IMG/VR virus record: IMGVR_UViG_3300043429_000427
Strand: one strand, 5' to 3'
DNA from: a virus
DNA: 64,000 bases
The notes beneath the pieces are model-generated. The model ran no database searches. It worked only from the letters and a program-made list of their open reading frames with translations, and was not told the origin of the DNA. The translations under genes and the position numbers were made by a program. This document shows positions 40,886-50,917 of this stretch, in pieces. The first letter of the stretch is position 1; each line of letters opens with the position of its first letter.

Positions 40886-41269
40886 TTACATATGTTTTAC
40901 TATTTTATCTGTCATCCAAGTATAGAACCCAATTCTATCCTTTAGGTTAGCAAGACCCACAGTACCTGCGTAAATCAAACCTTCACTTTGGACAAGTGAC
41001 CAATCCAATCCTTTGTGTTTCTCGTCGTAAATCTCAAAGTTATATATGGTTGGTTTATTGAACAATGGATTTCTTTCTAAAAAACATTTGAATCGGCGAG
41101 GTTCATCATTATAATTCCAATAGAATGAATAACTATCACAATCACGAGAAGAACCATTACCTACACCACCATCCTTATTGCACAAACCAGCATCTACCAA
41201 TTTGAATGAACCTATTTGGATTCCGGTCTCGTCGTGGGCACCTCTCCTTGGGTTTTGAATTGTTAGCAT
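40886..41269 (-). CDS. LTIxN-family paralogue
   Basis: Starts MLTIQNPRR. Confidence 0.7.
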   Translation of the reverse strand: MLTIQNPRRGAHDETGIQIGSFKLVDAGLCNKDGGVGNGSSRDCDSYSFYWNYNDEPRRFKCFLERNPLFNKPTIYNFEIYDEKHKGLDWSLVQSEGLIYAGTVGLANLKDRIGFYTWMTDKIVKHM

Positions 41270-41272
41270 GGG

Positions 41273-41563
41273 TTATAATGTAAAATTATCCAATGATTTT
41301 AGTAGGTTGTCCATATCCTTAATCCAACTTGCGGTTACACCAATGTGAGTTAGTCTACCATCCGCTCTTTTGAACAAATAAATGTTCTCACCATTCCTTA
41401 CCTTTGCAGGGGTTCGTTGTAGGTAAACCGTTGTGGATATGTGTGATGATGATTCAACCAATTTAATCTCATAGTGTTTATCGGTTTCATCGCAAAAAGA
41501 AACCTCCCAACCCTTTCCTACGGATTTACCACATAACTTATAATAGTGTTTTATTGTTAGCAT
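41273..41563 (-). CDS. LTIxN-family paralogue
   Basis: Starts MLTIKHYYKL. Confidence 0.7.
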   Translation of the reverse strand: MLTIKHYYKLCGKSVGKGWEVSFCDETDKHYEIKLVESSSHISTTVYLQRTPAKVRNGENIYLFKRADGRLTHIGVTASWIKDMDNLLKSLDNFTL

Positions 41564-41569
41564 ATCTTA

Positions 41570-41899
41570 TTAAAATTCAAAGTAATTGTTCCATAAACGA
41601 GTCTGAATACTAATCCACATATTGAATCGTTTGAAATCTAAAAAGTGAGTTGGTCCAAACTTTTCAGCTGGGAATTTGGTGTGGAAGTTTATCCCATCAC
41701 CACTCCTTGCTATGTTAAGTGTGTAGGTTTCCCGTTTCCAATCAAACTCTACTAATATTACATTACGGCATGGAAGTTGGGGGTATATCCACATATGGTT
41801 GGGGTCACCCATACTATCTCCCAATCGGAATGGTATCCCATCCGATGATTCAAAGCTATGTCCTTTAATCTTTTCAGCAAAATTTTGTGGTGCGTTCAT
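41570..41899 (-). CDS. Hypothetical, possible divergent LTIxN paralogue
   Basis: Start revised to MNAPQNFAEKIKG, downstream of the promoter. Confidence 0.5.
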   Translation of the reverse strand: MNAPQNFAEKIKGHSFESSDGIPFRLGDSMGDPNHMWIYPQLPCRNVILVEFDWKRETYTLNIARSGDGINFHTKFPAEKFGPTHFLDFKRFNMWISIQTRLWNNYFEF

Positions 41900-41925
41900 A
41901 CGATTTATATTTAACTGATGTTTAA

Positions 41926-41962
41926 CAAAGGTAAGAAGAATACTTGATAATGTCAAGTCTTT
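41926..41962 (-). promoter_or_regulatory. Early-type promoter driving the LTIxN array
   Basis: AAAGACTTGACA..TACCTTTG. Confidence 0.75.
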
Positions 41963-42358
41963 GGTTAAATATTTTTTTAATCAATACCAAGAAGATTTCG
42001 CATATTATCCGATGAAGTGCGGTATGGGTGTTTCAATTCTTTATGGAGTTTTGCAATACGTCTATGTGCAGAAGAGAACCGAATTACCCGACCAACATCT
42101 GAAACATGATACTTATTCAAAAACGAAGGAAATGAAGTTGAGATATATGGCATATTACCAATGTAAATTATCTCCGTATCAAGTGAGTTTAATTCACATC
42201 CCTTCGGAATGTTTTTATCCAATGCTTCATTTAATAGTTTATTTGGAATAATCCGACCATAAACCAAATGGCTTACTATCTCAACCACTATGAATATAAA
42301 TGGTAAAATAATACAAAGTTTTAATATTAAATCGTTCATAATTTTATTTGTTTTAAGT

Positions 42359-42784
42359 TTACCAACCACTATGAGTTCCACCATAGTTTTGTTGTTTAGC
42401 TATTTCTATAAGTTTGTCTATACAAGCATTCTCTGCTTCTTCGTAGGTGTCATAATCACAATCTCCACCACCCAAATCTGTATTATTTATAACAAATTTT
42501 TGTTTCTTAATATGAAGAATATCATAACCATAAAATATGTGGTTAATTTTACCAGACCATATATTAGGTAATAAACTATACTTCTCCCTAAACCATCTAA
42601 ATACTTGTTGTTTAAGTGGTGCTAACATCTCATCTATGCCCTGAACGTGTTTATCTTCAATAATACCTCCAATTCGTAGATGTGAATTAGTAAACCACCC
42701 AAAACAGCTTTCATCAAAACCTAATTTCTTTAAGGCTAATGCTTGTTCGTATGTTACAAATTCTTTATCCATTGTCTTTGCCAT
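42359..42784 (-). CDS. Conserved phage hypothetical protein
   Basis: KEFVTYEQALALKKLGFDE..APLKQQVFRWFREKY..TYEEAE. Confidence 0.6.
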   Translation of the reverse strand: MAKTMDKEFVTYEQALALKKLGFDESCFGWFTNSHLRIGGIIEDKHVQGIDEMLAPLKQQVFRWFREKYSLLPNIWSGKINHIFYGYDILHIKKQKFVINNTDLGGGDCDYDTYEEAENACIDKLIEIAKQQNYGGTHSGW

Positions 42785-43672
42785 AATTTTCGTTGTAATA
42801 TCTTTCTGGTGAATCTTCGTTTACTTCATTCCAATGTTGGTGATGTGAGCCTATCTCATAAGCCTCAATTATCTGCTTTTTCTCCATTTGTTTGGCTTGT
42901 TCAATATGAACTAATAATGATGGGTAATCGTCACCAAAATCGGCGCCATTATATACCATATTTTTTATCATATCTTCCAACCATTCAACACTTGTTTGTT
43001 TATTTGCCATATCCTTACCAAATTATAGTGAAAGTGTACGATAGCCAACCAAAATCAATCTCTCTTTTCTTACCATCCCCACTTATAGAGAATGCTAATA
43101 GGGGTAATATCAAATAAGTTCTATTCTGCTTTTTCATATCCATTTTAGTTTTCGTTAAGTTCAATTTCGTAGAAGTGTTCTAGCAAACCATCGCAGTAAC
43201 AAACCTCCAAATTATAGGCGGGTAACTCTACATTGTAGTACCCGTCGTTAAAATCAGTTAGGGTAACATCCAACCAAGTAACATCAATTTTGTTCTTATC
43301 GCACCAAGCATCGAAACCAACGGCATCGTTACTTAAAGCAGCATTGTGAATAGCGGTGATAGTAATAGGATTCATAATATTAAGGGATTTAAAGGTTAAT
43401 AAAAATAAGCATTCCAAATACGGTCAATAGGGGCGAGGTAACGAGTACCTACTTTCTCTTCGTTAAGAGAACCACCTTGCGTCATAGATTCATATTGTGA
43501 TTTAACAACCTCCATCAAACACTCATTTGGATTCTCCAACACTAATAATAACTTTGCTCTTAAAGTTGGGGAAAAGTTCTCCGAAACGGGAGTACCAATC
43601 ATTTTGTTCAACATATAAACTTTATCAATATTCATATAAAAGGGGTTTATGTTTAACTCTCTCAATGTTTAG

Positions 43673-43709
43673 TAAAGGTAAGTAAAAGGAAGCAAAATGT
43701 CAAGTCTTT
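43673..43709 (-). promoter_or_regulatory. Early-type promoter
   Basis: AAAGACTTGACA..TACCTTTA. Confidence 0.7.
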
Positions 43710-43968
43710 ACCTAATTATTTTTAAATTATTTTTAATCAGCAAACCCATACCCATGTCGTAAAGAGTAATCTCGCCGTTCCTTCAAAACCCTCTTTTGTT
43801 CAACCAACTCATCTATCATCTTATCCCAATGGGTTTTGGGAGCATGTATTGTTCCTCTTTCCGATAGCCAATATAAACCCTTATTAGGATTAGGTTGTCT
43901 TCGTAGGTGGGCAATAGTAGCGTTAATCTCATCACACCTTTTCAAATACTCTTTTGTAGTCATATCTC

Positions 43969-44343
43969 TTATAAGTTAGTAATAAAATAATCTTTAAGTT
44001 TTTCCATTGCCCGAACCTTAATCTGCCTAACCCTCTCACGAGTTAATAACAACTCCCTACCTATCTCATCGTAGTTCATCTCCTCACCATTAGGTAATCC
44101 AAAGGATAGCTCAATCACACATCTCTCACGAGGAGTAAGAACCCACTCCATAGCCGAACTCAATTCAATACCCATATCCTCAATCTCTAAACCTCTAAAT
44201 TCTGATGATTGGGAAGGGAAGGATTCAACCTCCTCCAAACCAACATACTCATACTCTAAATCTCTATGATTAGATGGGATGTGGATAACTCCATTTTCAA
44301 TCTCTTTGTTAATCCGATAAGTGTCTTGTGAGTAACGATTCAT
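43969..44343 (-). CDS. Stand-alone sigma-70 region-4 domain protein
   Basis: LTPRERCVIELSFGL..EEMNYDEIGRELLLTRERVRQIKVRAMEKLK; start revised to MNRYSQ, downstream of the promoter. Confidence 0.8.
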   Translation of the reverse strand: MNRYSQDTYRINKEIENGVIHIPSNHRDLEYEYVGLEEVESFPSQSSEFRGLEIEDMGIELSSAMEWVLTPRERCVIELSFGLPNGEEMNYDEIGRELLLTRERVRQIKVRAMEKLKDYFITNL

Positions 44344-44375
44344 ATCTATTTTGTTTATGTCTAACTGATGTTCTA

Positions 44376-44412
44376 TAAAGGTAGGCATAATATACCACAA
44401 TGTCAAGTCTTT
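44376..44412 (-). promoter_or_regulatory. Early-type promoter
   Basis: AAAGACTTGACA..TACCTTTA. Confidence 0.7.
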
Positions 44413-44529
44413 TACCAAATTTATTTTTGTTTTCCTGGTTATTTTATAGACCATATAGAAACCCTTAAAAGTGTATAGGGTAAAGAGGGTTTAGGATAGC
44501 AAAATGAAATTTAGGATGACCACCTAAAA

Positions 44530-44717
44530 TATACCCTTTGGGGTATAATTGTATATTAAAACGAGTCAGGCCCGAAAACATGGCACCCGTATGAAAGCGT
44601 ACCCGACTCGGGGGTCCAAGCATGCCTTCGGGCGTGTTACGGGAAATGGAGAGTCTCCATAACGGGGGCAACGCCTCCGCACGAGCCTACGCTCGGGTAG
44701 TTAGATAGTTATCTAAT
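44530..44717 (+). other. GC-rich chain of hairpins (structured RNA or ssDNA signal)
   Basis: At least 6 adjacent stem-loops including a cTTCGg tetraloop; G-T wobbles all favour the plus strand. Confidence 0.6.
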
Positions 44718-44719
44718 CG

Positions 44720-44950
44720 TTATACGGATTGACGAACGGGTCGTTGGTATTGCTTTAAAGCTTGGGTGACCTCATACTGATGTTGTCTAGCGGAGCGTAG
44801 TGTTATCTCGCATTGCTCAGCCAATCCGATGTTCTTCGATGACACCGCTTGTAGGTACATCACAGTGATGTCTTCTATATCGGTTTGTAGTGCCTGTAGT
44901 CTACGCTGGAAGAAGTTCACATCATGTTGGTATTCGGTTAGTGTACTCAT
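44720..44950 (-). CDS. Hypothetical protein
   Basis: 76 aa helical ORF. Confidence 0.5.
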   Translation of the reverse strand: MSTLTEYQHDVNFFQRRLQALQTDIEDITVMYLQAVSSKNIGLAEQCEITLRSARQHQYEVTQALKQYQRPVRQSV

Positions 44951-45465
44951 AGTGTATAGGGGTTGAATTTTGTTTTGCTAAAATAATTTTACCATTGCGG
45001 TCCGCAGATGCTATTCCTCACAGACAGTAAACTCAATAGCGGGCCCAAAGGTGATACCACCACTCACACCTGCCCAACTATAACCGGGTTCTAATATCTC
45101 TCTTACTTTCTCTCTATCAATGGAGTCGAATTGTATATCATACGGATGTGGTTGAGTCAGATACTCACCAATAGCAGCCTCAATTTGGTCTGTTGAAGCG
45201 ATACGATATATACCATAATACTCATTGTAGAACTCATTACAGTAGTGATTGAACTGCTTTAAATCTTCGAAGAAAGAACGGCGTTTAACCATAGGAATAG
45301 GGGCTTCAAATAGATTGCTCATAGGAATGGGGTTATAAGGGTTTAAAACTAATTTCGGTTTTAGGTAAGTGTCTAACAGAGATAGCCAACACACGCAGGC
45401 GGCATGGGTGGCCAGTAGCCATTAGGAACACAATCAATAAGATTAACTTCTCTCTCATCATATAT

Positions 45466-45502
45466 CAAAGGTACGCAGAATATGTGAGAATGTCAAGTCT
45501 TT
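45466..45502 (-). promoter_or_regulatory. Early-type promoter
   Basis: AAAGACTTGACA..TACCTTTG. Confidence 0.75.
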
Positions 45503-45636
45503 GCTCAATTATTTTTATATTATCCCAAAAAAATTTTAGGGTATAGGGGTATAATACGAAAAACCCCACCAGCATAGCGGGAGGGGTTATTAAAGGGAAA
45601 AACAAAACATTAACTAAAACAAACCAAATATCGGTG

Positions 45637-45708
45637 GGTGTAAGGACGGTATCGAACCGTCTTCTCTGGCTCCACAAACCAGCGCTTCACCTTAAAGCTT
45701 CAAACACC
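45637..45708 (-). tRNA. tRNA-His(GTG), atypical
   Basis: D stem GCTT/AAGC; anticodon arm CTGGT-TTGTGGA-GCCAG; T arm GACGG-TTCGATA-CCGTC; G-1:C73; two T-T mismatches in the acceptor stem. Confidence 0.8.
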
Positions 45709-45975
45709 ATATACTCTACGCTGTGTAGTAGTTATAGTCAGAGGAGTTTAACTCTGCGAGTTCTTTCATAAACTCTTTCGCCTCCTCATAGCGTTTCTTA
45801 CTCACAACACCATGCCAAAAGCAATAGTCATAGTTGACCTCTTCAGCGGTCTTACCATTTAACAAAGCCATAGCCTCAATAAAATCAACATAGTTAGGAA
45901 GAGAAAGAGAAGCGATTTGAGAATTTTCCATATCTGAATTGTAGGAGGAGGAAAGTCTGTCTCTCAACTACATAA

Positions 45976-46012
45976 TAAAGGTACGAAGAATATTTCACAA
46001 TTACAAGTCTTT
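45976..46012 (-). promoter_or_regulatory. Early-type promoter
   Basis: AAAGACTTGTAA..TACCTTTA. Confidence 0.7.
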
Positions 46013-46049
46013 TCCAAAATATTTTTAAAAAAAATAAAATATTATTTAT

Positions 46050-46099
46050 CGCCTCCGCACGAGCCGTGCAATCGTGGACGTGTTGAGCGCACGTCCACG
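46050..46099. repeat. Second copy of 16-bp CGCCTCCGCACGAGCC plus perfect 10-bp hairpin
   Basis: Identical to 44672-44687; CGTGGACGTG/CACGTCCACG at 46073-46099. Confidence 0.75.
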
Positions 46100-46296
46100 T
46101 TCTTTGTTTTATCACATCTACTTAACATAATGTAAATTATATAACGAGAATATATTAGAATAGTACAATTATTGTATTTTTTTAAGAATCGGGTTTACAA
46201 TTGTAAAATTCTCGCGTGTGTTTCCAGCATTTTGAGAGAATTTCTCGTACGCACGAATGAAAACGGCGTGTACGGATTGCATAGGATTATTCTTAT

Positions 46297-46496
46297 TTAG
46301 TTATTTAACTAATTATCAAATCAACTAAATATGGCAAACTGTGTAAAATAAATTCAGGAAAATTTGCTTTTTGCTCCGAAATGAATATGTATATGGCGCT
46401 CTCACCTGGCATTACACCCGTATCCCCCTATATGGTTTTCTTTTGCTATTTTTTATTGTGTTAATTAGTTGTTTAACTAATTAGTTATTTAACTAA
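46297..46496. repeat. Three 16-bp quasi-palindromes TTAGTT(A/G)TTTAACTAA
   Basis: Copies at 46297-46312, 46465-46480 and 46481-46496 in a ~600-bp non-coding gap. Confidence 0.7.
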
Positions 46497-46605
46497 ATAT
46501 CCATACCTCGTCATAGGGCTCTTTTATAGACCTCTCGTATGTGATTATACACCCATCTCCGTTTTAACACCTTATAGACGAGCAAAGTAATAGATTCAAC
46601 AGTGT

Positions 46606-46968
46606 TTATTGAGTGAGTTGCCTTGCACTATGATGTATAACATTGAATACCCTCTTTACCTCCTTAAATTCATCTAATGTTAGGAATTTAGTACATCCTC
46701 TTTTTAGGGGTTGATTTATATCCTTACAAAAAATTTTTACATATCCATCGTTTGGGGGTATTGTAGGGTCATATAATTGTTCGGTTTGAGAATATATCTC
46801 TACACCTATTTTTATAAAATTATTCAAATTATTATCTTTATCGGTTAGTGTATAGTGGTATGTACCTTCCTTATTATCCCTTCCTATATAGGTCAATTTC
46901 CAACTCGTTACTAATCCATTTGAATAAGTACATAACCTTATAGGTGATTGTATGTTTATTCTCTTCAT
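46606..46968 (-). CDS. LTIxN-family paralogue (divergent)
   Basis: MKRINIQSPIRL..W..Y..; ends LDEFKEVKRVFNVI. Confidence 0.55.
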   Translation of the reverse strand: MKRINIQSPIRLCTYSNGLVTSWKLTYIGRDNKEGTYHYTLTDKDNNLNNFIKIGVEIYSQTEQLYDPTIPPNDGYVKIFCKDINQPLKRGCTKFLTLDEFKEVKRVFNVIHHSARQLTQ

Positions 46969-46974
46969 ATCCTA

Positions 46975-47361
46975 TTAGACTACCTTTACCAAATGTGATT
47001 TACACAATACCCTATCCATCAACTCACCCAATCTTAATTCAAATACCCCCATATTCTCTATCATATACTTATCCATAGCCTCTACTATAAATTGGTTCTT
47101 TTCTTCTTCATAGGATAGTTCCCAACAGTGATTCAGTTCTCTAGGGTATTGGATTCTCTTTCTATCCAATTTTATATCATACATACCTATCCCCGTTAGG
47201 GTAGGGCTTACTGGCTCATAGACCTGTACTTTGAATATATAACTACACCCATCCGTTCCGAATTTATCTATTACATCTTCTATTGTTCCTTGATTTATAT
47301 CTGGATTCTTTATAGGGATTCTTTTGCCTAGTATCTTATGTAGGTTATGTATCTTTAGCAT
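46975..47361 (-). CDS. LTIxN-family paralogue
   Basis: Start revised to MLKIHNLHKILG (ATG at 47361). Confidence 0.65.
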   Translation of the reverse strand: MLKIHNLHKILGKRIPIKNPDINQGTIEDVIDKFGTDGCSYIFKVQVYEPVSPTLTGIGMYDIKLDRKRIQYPRELNHCWELSYEEEKNQFIVEAMDKYMIENMGVFELRLGELMDRVLCKSHLVKVV

Positions 47362-47509
47362 TTGCTGAAATATTTTTATCTTGTTTGTCCCACGCTCCAA
47401 ATCACACTTCAAGGCATACTTAAAAGTGTTTCGGACATTGATTTTTGTACTATCAAAAAAAATTAGGTTTCGACTGCGTATCCCCCAACCCCCTTCCCCC
47501 TGCGGTTCT

Positions 47510-48121
47510 CTATATACCATTCAATAAGTCACTAATTTGTTGTAGCTTTTCCGAATCACCACCACTTACCGAAGTCCCACCACTAAATTGTGCTATTGAG
47601 GATGTAGGAAAAGTACGATTACTCAAATCCATCACACCAACCATATCCACTAATTTCTCTTTGAAACACTCTAAATTCGATATACACATTGAACTCACAC
47701 TATCAAAATTTTCGTCCCCTGCCCATAGTGTATAGAAATTTATACCACCATCCGTTGTGAAACTCTTATTTCTCTCCAACCACACCACCTTCCTATTGGG
47801 TTGCAATGCCGTTCCACTATCTACCATTATTGTAAACACATACTCATTATCCCTCACCTCTATTGTATCTATACGAGGATAATATGTAGCATTTTCCAAT
47901 CGTTGGTTTTCCAGCTTTTGGATGTTTTGGATGTTTAATTTCGTTTGCTTCTCTTCCATCTTTTTTGTTGGGTTATCCCACATTTCCATTTCTAGTTTGT
48001 GTATATCCCACATTGATTTTTGTGTCTCTAAAATTTTTTGTTGGGTATCTATCTGCATCTTTAACCTGTCTACCTCCAAATCCATCTGTAACTTTTTCCA
48101 AGCATCCATCAATTGCCCCAT
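47510..48121 (-). CDS. LTIxN-family domain with N-terminal coiled-coil extension
   Basis: Internal KLNIQNIQKLEN..YVFTI..WLERN..YTL. Confidence 0.6.
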   Translation of the reverse strand: MGQLMDAWKKLQMDLEVDRLKMQIDTQQKILETQKSMWDIHKLEMEMWDNPTKKMEEKQTKLNIQNIQKLENQRLENATYYPRIDTIEVRDNEYVFTIMVDSGTALQPNRKVVWLERNKSFTTDGGINFYTLWAGDENFDSVSSMCISNLECFKEKLVDMVGVMDLSNRTFPTSSIAQFSGGTSVSGGDSEKLQQISDLLNGI

Positions 48122-49790
48122 TCTATCCTATTTGAGCTTTATCGTTCTCATCCAAGTCAAAATTGTATAACCCACACTCTTCATCCTTTTTCATCATCTC
48201 TTTCAATATGGATTCTCTCTTCCTTTTATCTCTCTCATCCAACTCATACTTAATGGTATCCCATAGGGGATAGATAAACACCATAAAAACTAACAAACTC
48301 ACCAATCCAGTTGTTATCCACCACGCCAGGTTTGGAAAATCTTTAATCACCACACATACCAAAGCAAATACACCAATGATACCCATAGTGTATAGGGCTG
48401 CTAATACATCATTTTTGCTCATAATTTATTTTTATTTTTAATATATTCTTTAATTTCGTTTGCATTCATTGGTGGTTTATCCTTTAACTCTTCCGCCAAT
48501 TGTAAATTATTCTTGCTTATCTCACCTGGACCTGATTCATCATTGTTTATACTCACCAATGCATCCCACATTGGGAATAGTGATTTAATCCATTTCATAA
48601 TCCTAATTTTTCTAGCATTTTAGTAAACCAACCTTTTTTGGATTCTCTTTCTTTTCGTAATTTCTCTTGGTATTGCATAACCTCCAGTGCTTCACCAAAT
48701 CCAATTGGTTCACCATTACGAACCATATCGGATAATTGTTCTAATCTTTCGTCCTTCATATCACTATTATTTTTTATAGGCAGAGTTCATTAGTTTTCGT
48801 ATCACCTTTTTGTAAGCGTGCTTCCTACATTGCTTTTCTTCTTGCTTTGTTAAAGGTGTTGTACTCCAAAAATTACCACATGAAGATGTATAAACACCTT
48901 CAAACTCTTTCATATCTGAACCATCGGCAGAATATCCTGTGTATATTGCCATATTTCTATTATTTATATTTTTACTCTAAATCCCCAACGAGATACTCCC
49001 ATCCACTCCGTACCATAGCAATCTACCCAATACCTCACCTCATCACCACCTATACTATCATAGAAGCTCCTACCCGTAGGTTTCATACTCCATCTACTTT
49101 TGAACCACTTTATCATTTATTTTCTCTTCTTTGAATTTCTCTTTTTCGGTATTCCAGTCTCAACCGCTCATCATCCCTCTCTTTTAATATAAGCCTCACT
49201 TGCAATGAAATCACATATACAAATACACAAAGGAAACTAAAAACTAGGAGAAAGGGTAGGTAATCACCTAACAAACTCCCAATGAAGGCGATTAAAATCA
49301 AACCAGCCACCACACCTAACAACACACCGATTGCTATAATAATGGAAAGGATATTCCGTTTCCAAATAATTTTTTTATATTCGTTCATATTATTGTTTTT
49401 TACCAAAATCTCTTACCCAAGCTTCATCCAATCTCTCCATAAACTCTTTTTGCGTTTCCTTCTTCTTTTTGGTTTTAGGTTTTTGGGGATATGTTTTATC
49501 ATAATACTCATTCCAATTATCCTCATCATCCAACCCATCTTTGACTAATCGGATTACACCAAACAATGCCATCCCACCAAATATAATAACAAAGGTGTGT
49601 ATAAAGTATTGTGGGTAATTAAAATAGAACATTGCCAATCCCACTACAAACAATCCCATACCACCCAACACTCCGATAGTAAGACAGAATGCTTTTAACC
49701 AATTTTTTTGATTTCTATTCATATTTTTAAGTTTTATACCCACAATATACGAATTATTTGTGGTATTTCCAAGTGATTTTATGGAAATTT

Positions 49791-50237
49791 TTAAGGGATG
49801 CGGGTAATTGTTGGGTTTCGTTTTTTTGGTCCTATTGGACTTGGTCCGAATGCGGCTGTTAGATAGTTATCGTGGATTATTTGTAATACTCTATCCATAT
49901 TCTTAAATGTACTAACTAAAATTTTTTGCATAGATTTACCTTTTCTCTTTGCATCCTCTATACTCATATTGATATACCCATCCTTATGTACATCTTTATC
50001 ATCCAAATTTATACTATAATTGTGGATTTCTTTATATATCCGCATTTCAGCTAATTGGATTTTTTGCAAAGGATTGGTTATAGGTACATCTATTAAATCG
50101 TATCTATAATACTCTCTACCAAAATCTTTACCCGTACCCTTATACTCTACACCATAGTGTAACCCATCACCCATTTCAATATGCTCTAACTTAAATGGGT
50201 TTACTATATTGATATTCTTTTCCCCTTTTGTTATCAT
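49791..50237 (-). CDS. LTIxN-family paralogue (divergent)
   Basis: NINIVNPFKL; most similar to 46606..46968. Confidence 0.5.
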   Translation of the reverse strand: MITKGEKNINIVNPFKLEHIEMGDGLHYGVEYKGTGKDFGREYYRYDLIDVPITNPLQKIQLAEMRIYKEIHNYSINLDDKDVHKDGYINMSIEDAKRKGKSMQKILVSTFKNMDRVLQIIHDNYLTAAFGPSPIGPKKRNPTITRIP

Positions 50238-50461
50238 ATCTCTCCGAAATATTGTGCAGTTACTGCAATGAACACTCTCATCATATCCTCATCTACCTTA
50301 CCCTGTGCTCTCACAAAATCCATATAGATTTCAGCAAGGTATTTGGTCATCTCACTTTGTCTATCTATATTGTTGTTCTTTGATTTCTGAATCATTTTCA
50401 TATAGGCGTCATAGCCACCATTCTCATAGAACTGATTGAATTTATCTATTGTATTCATCTC

Positions 50462-50917
50462 TTAAAACTTATATCCTATACCCATACCAACCGTTGATAT
50501 TTTGGAAATCTGATACTCTGCTCTAACAACTGCTTTATTATCAGGTCCAAAGGAGAAATCAATACCTACCCCCACATATGGATTTTTGGATTTCTTGCCA
50601 TCATTTTCCACAAATTGTGCTCCAGTTGATAAAAACACATTTGCATCCTTATTGTTTCTGATATTGAATATAGGTAAGAACATACCGAAATTGTTGAATG
50701 TACCTATACTAACATTCTCATCATCTCGCAATCCACCACGCTTAAATTCAATACCAACTTTTTTAAATTTAGCCCAAGCACCCCCCATCATAGATGGGTT
50801 TAACTCGTTTGATGTAAAGCCACCTAACAAACCTATTGTTGGGTGAAATGATTTTTTATCCTGTCCATAGGATACCCACGATAACAATACTCCTGCAATT
50901 ACTAATAATTTTTTCAT
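50462..50917 (-). CDS. Outer-membrane beta-barrel-like protein
   Basis: Signal peptide; amphipathic strands; PYVGVG; C-terminal GMGIGYKF. Confidence 0.6.
   Translation of the reverse strand: MKKLLVIAGVLLSWVSYGQDKKSFHPTIGLLGGFTSNELNPSMMGGAWAKFKKVGIEFKRGGLRDDENVSIGTFNNFGMFLPIFNIRNNKDANVFLSTGAQFVENDGKKSKNPYVGVGIDFSFGPDNKAVVRAEYQISKISTVGMGIGYKF

Noticed and set aside
38879-41899. Diversity-generating retroelement or integron explaining the paralogue array
   Set aside because: No reverse transcriptase, integrase, TR/VR pair or attC-like spacers in the window; the genes abut or overlap
44465-44671. 68-aa ORF over the hairpin chain
   Set aside because: Non-ATG start and atypical composition; the sequence is better explained by base-pairing
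44530-46500. CRISPR array or self-cleaving ribozyme
   Set aside because: No regularly spaced repeat-spacer units, and I found no hammerhead CTGANGA/GAAA core in the right context
47362-47520. N-terminal extension of the 46975 ORF (and similar extensions at 40262, 41956, 44454, 54049, 61112)
   Set aside because: The extensions overlap promoters or upstream genes; internal ATGs match the family or signal-peptide starts
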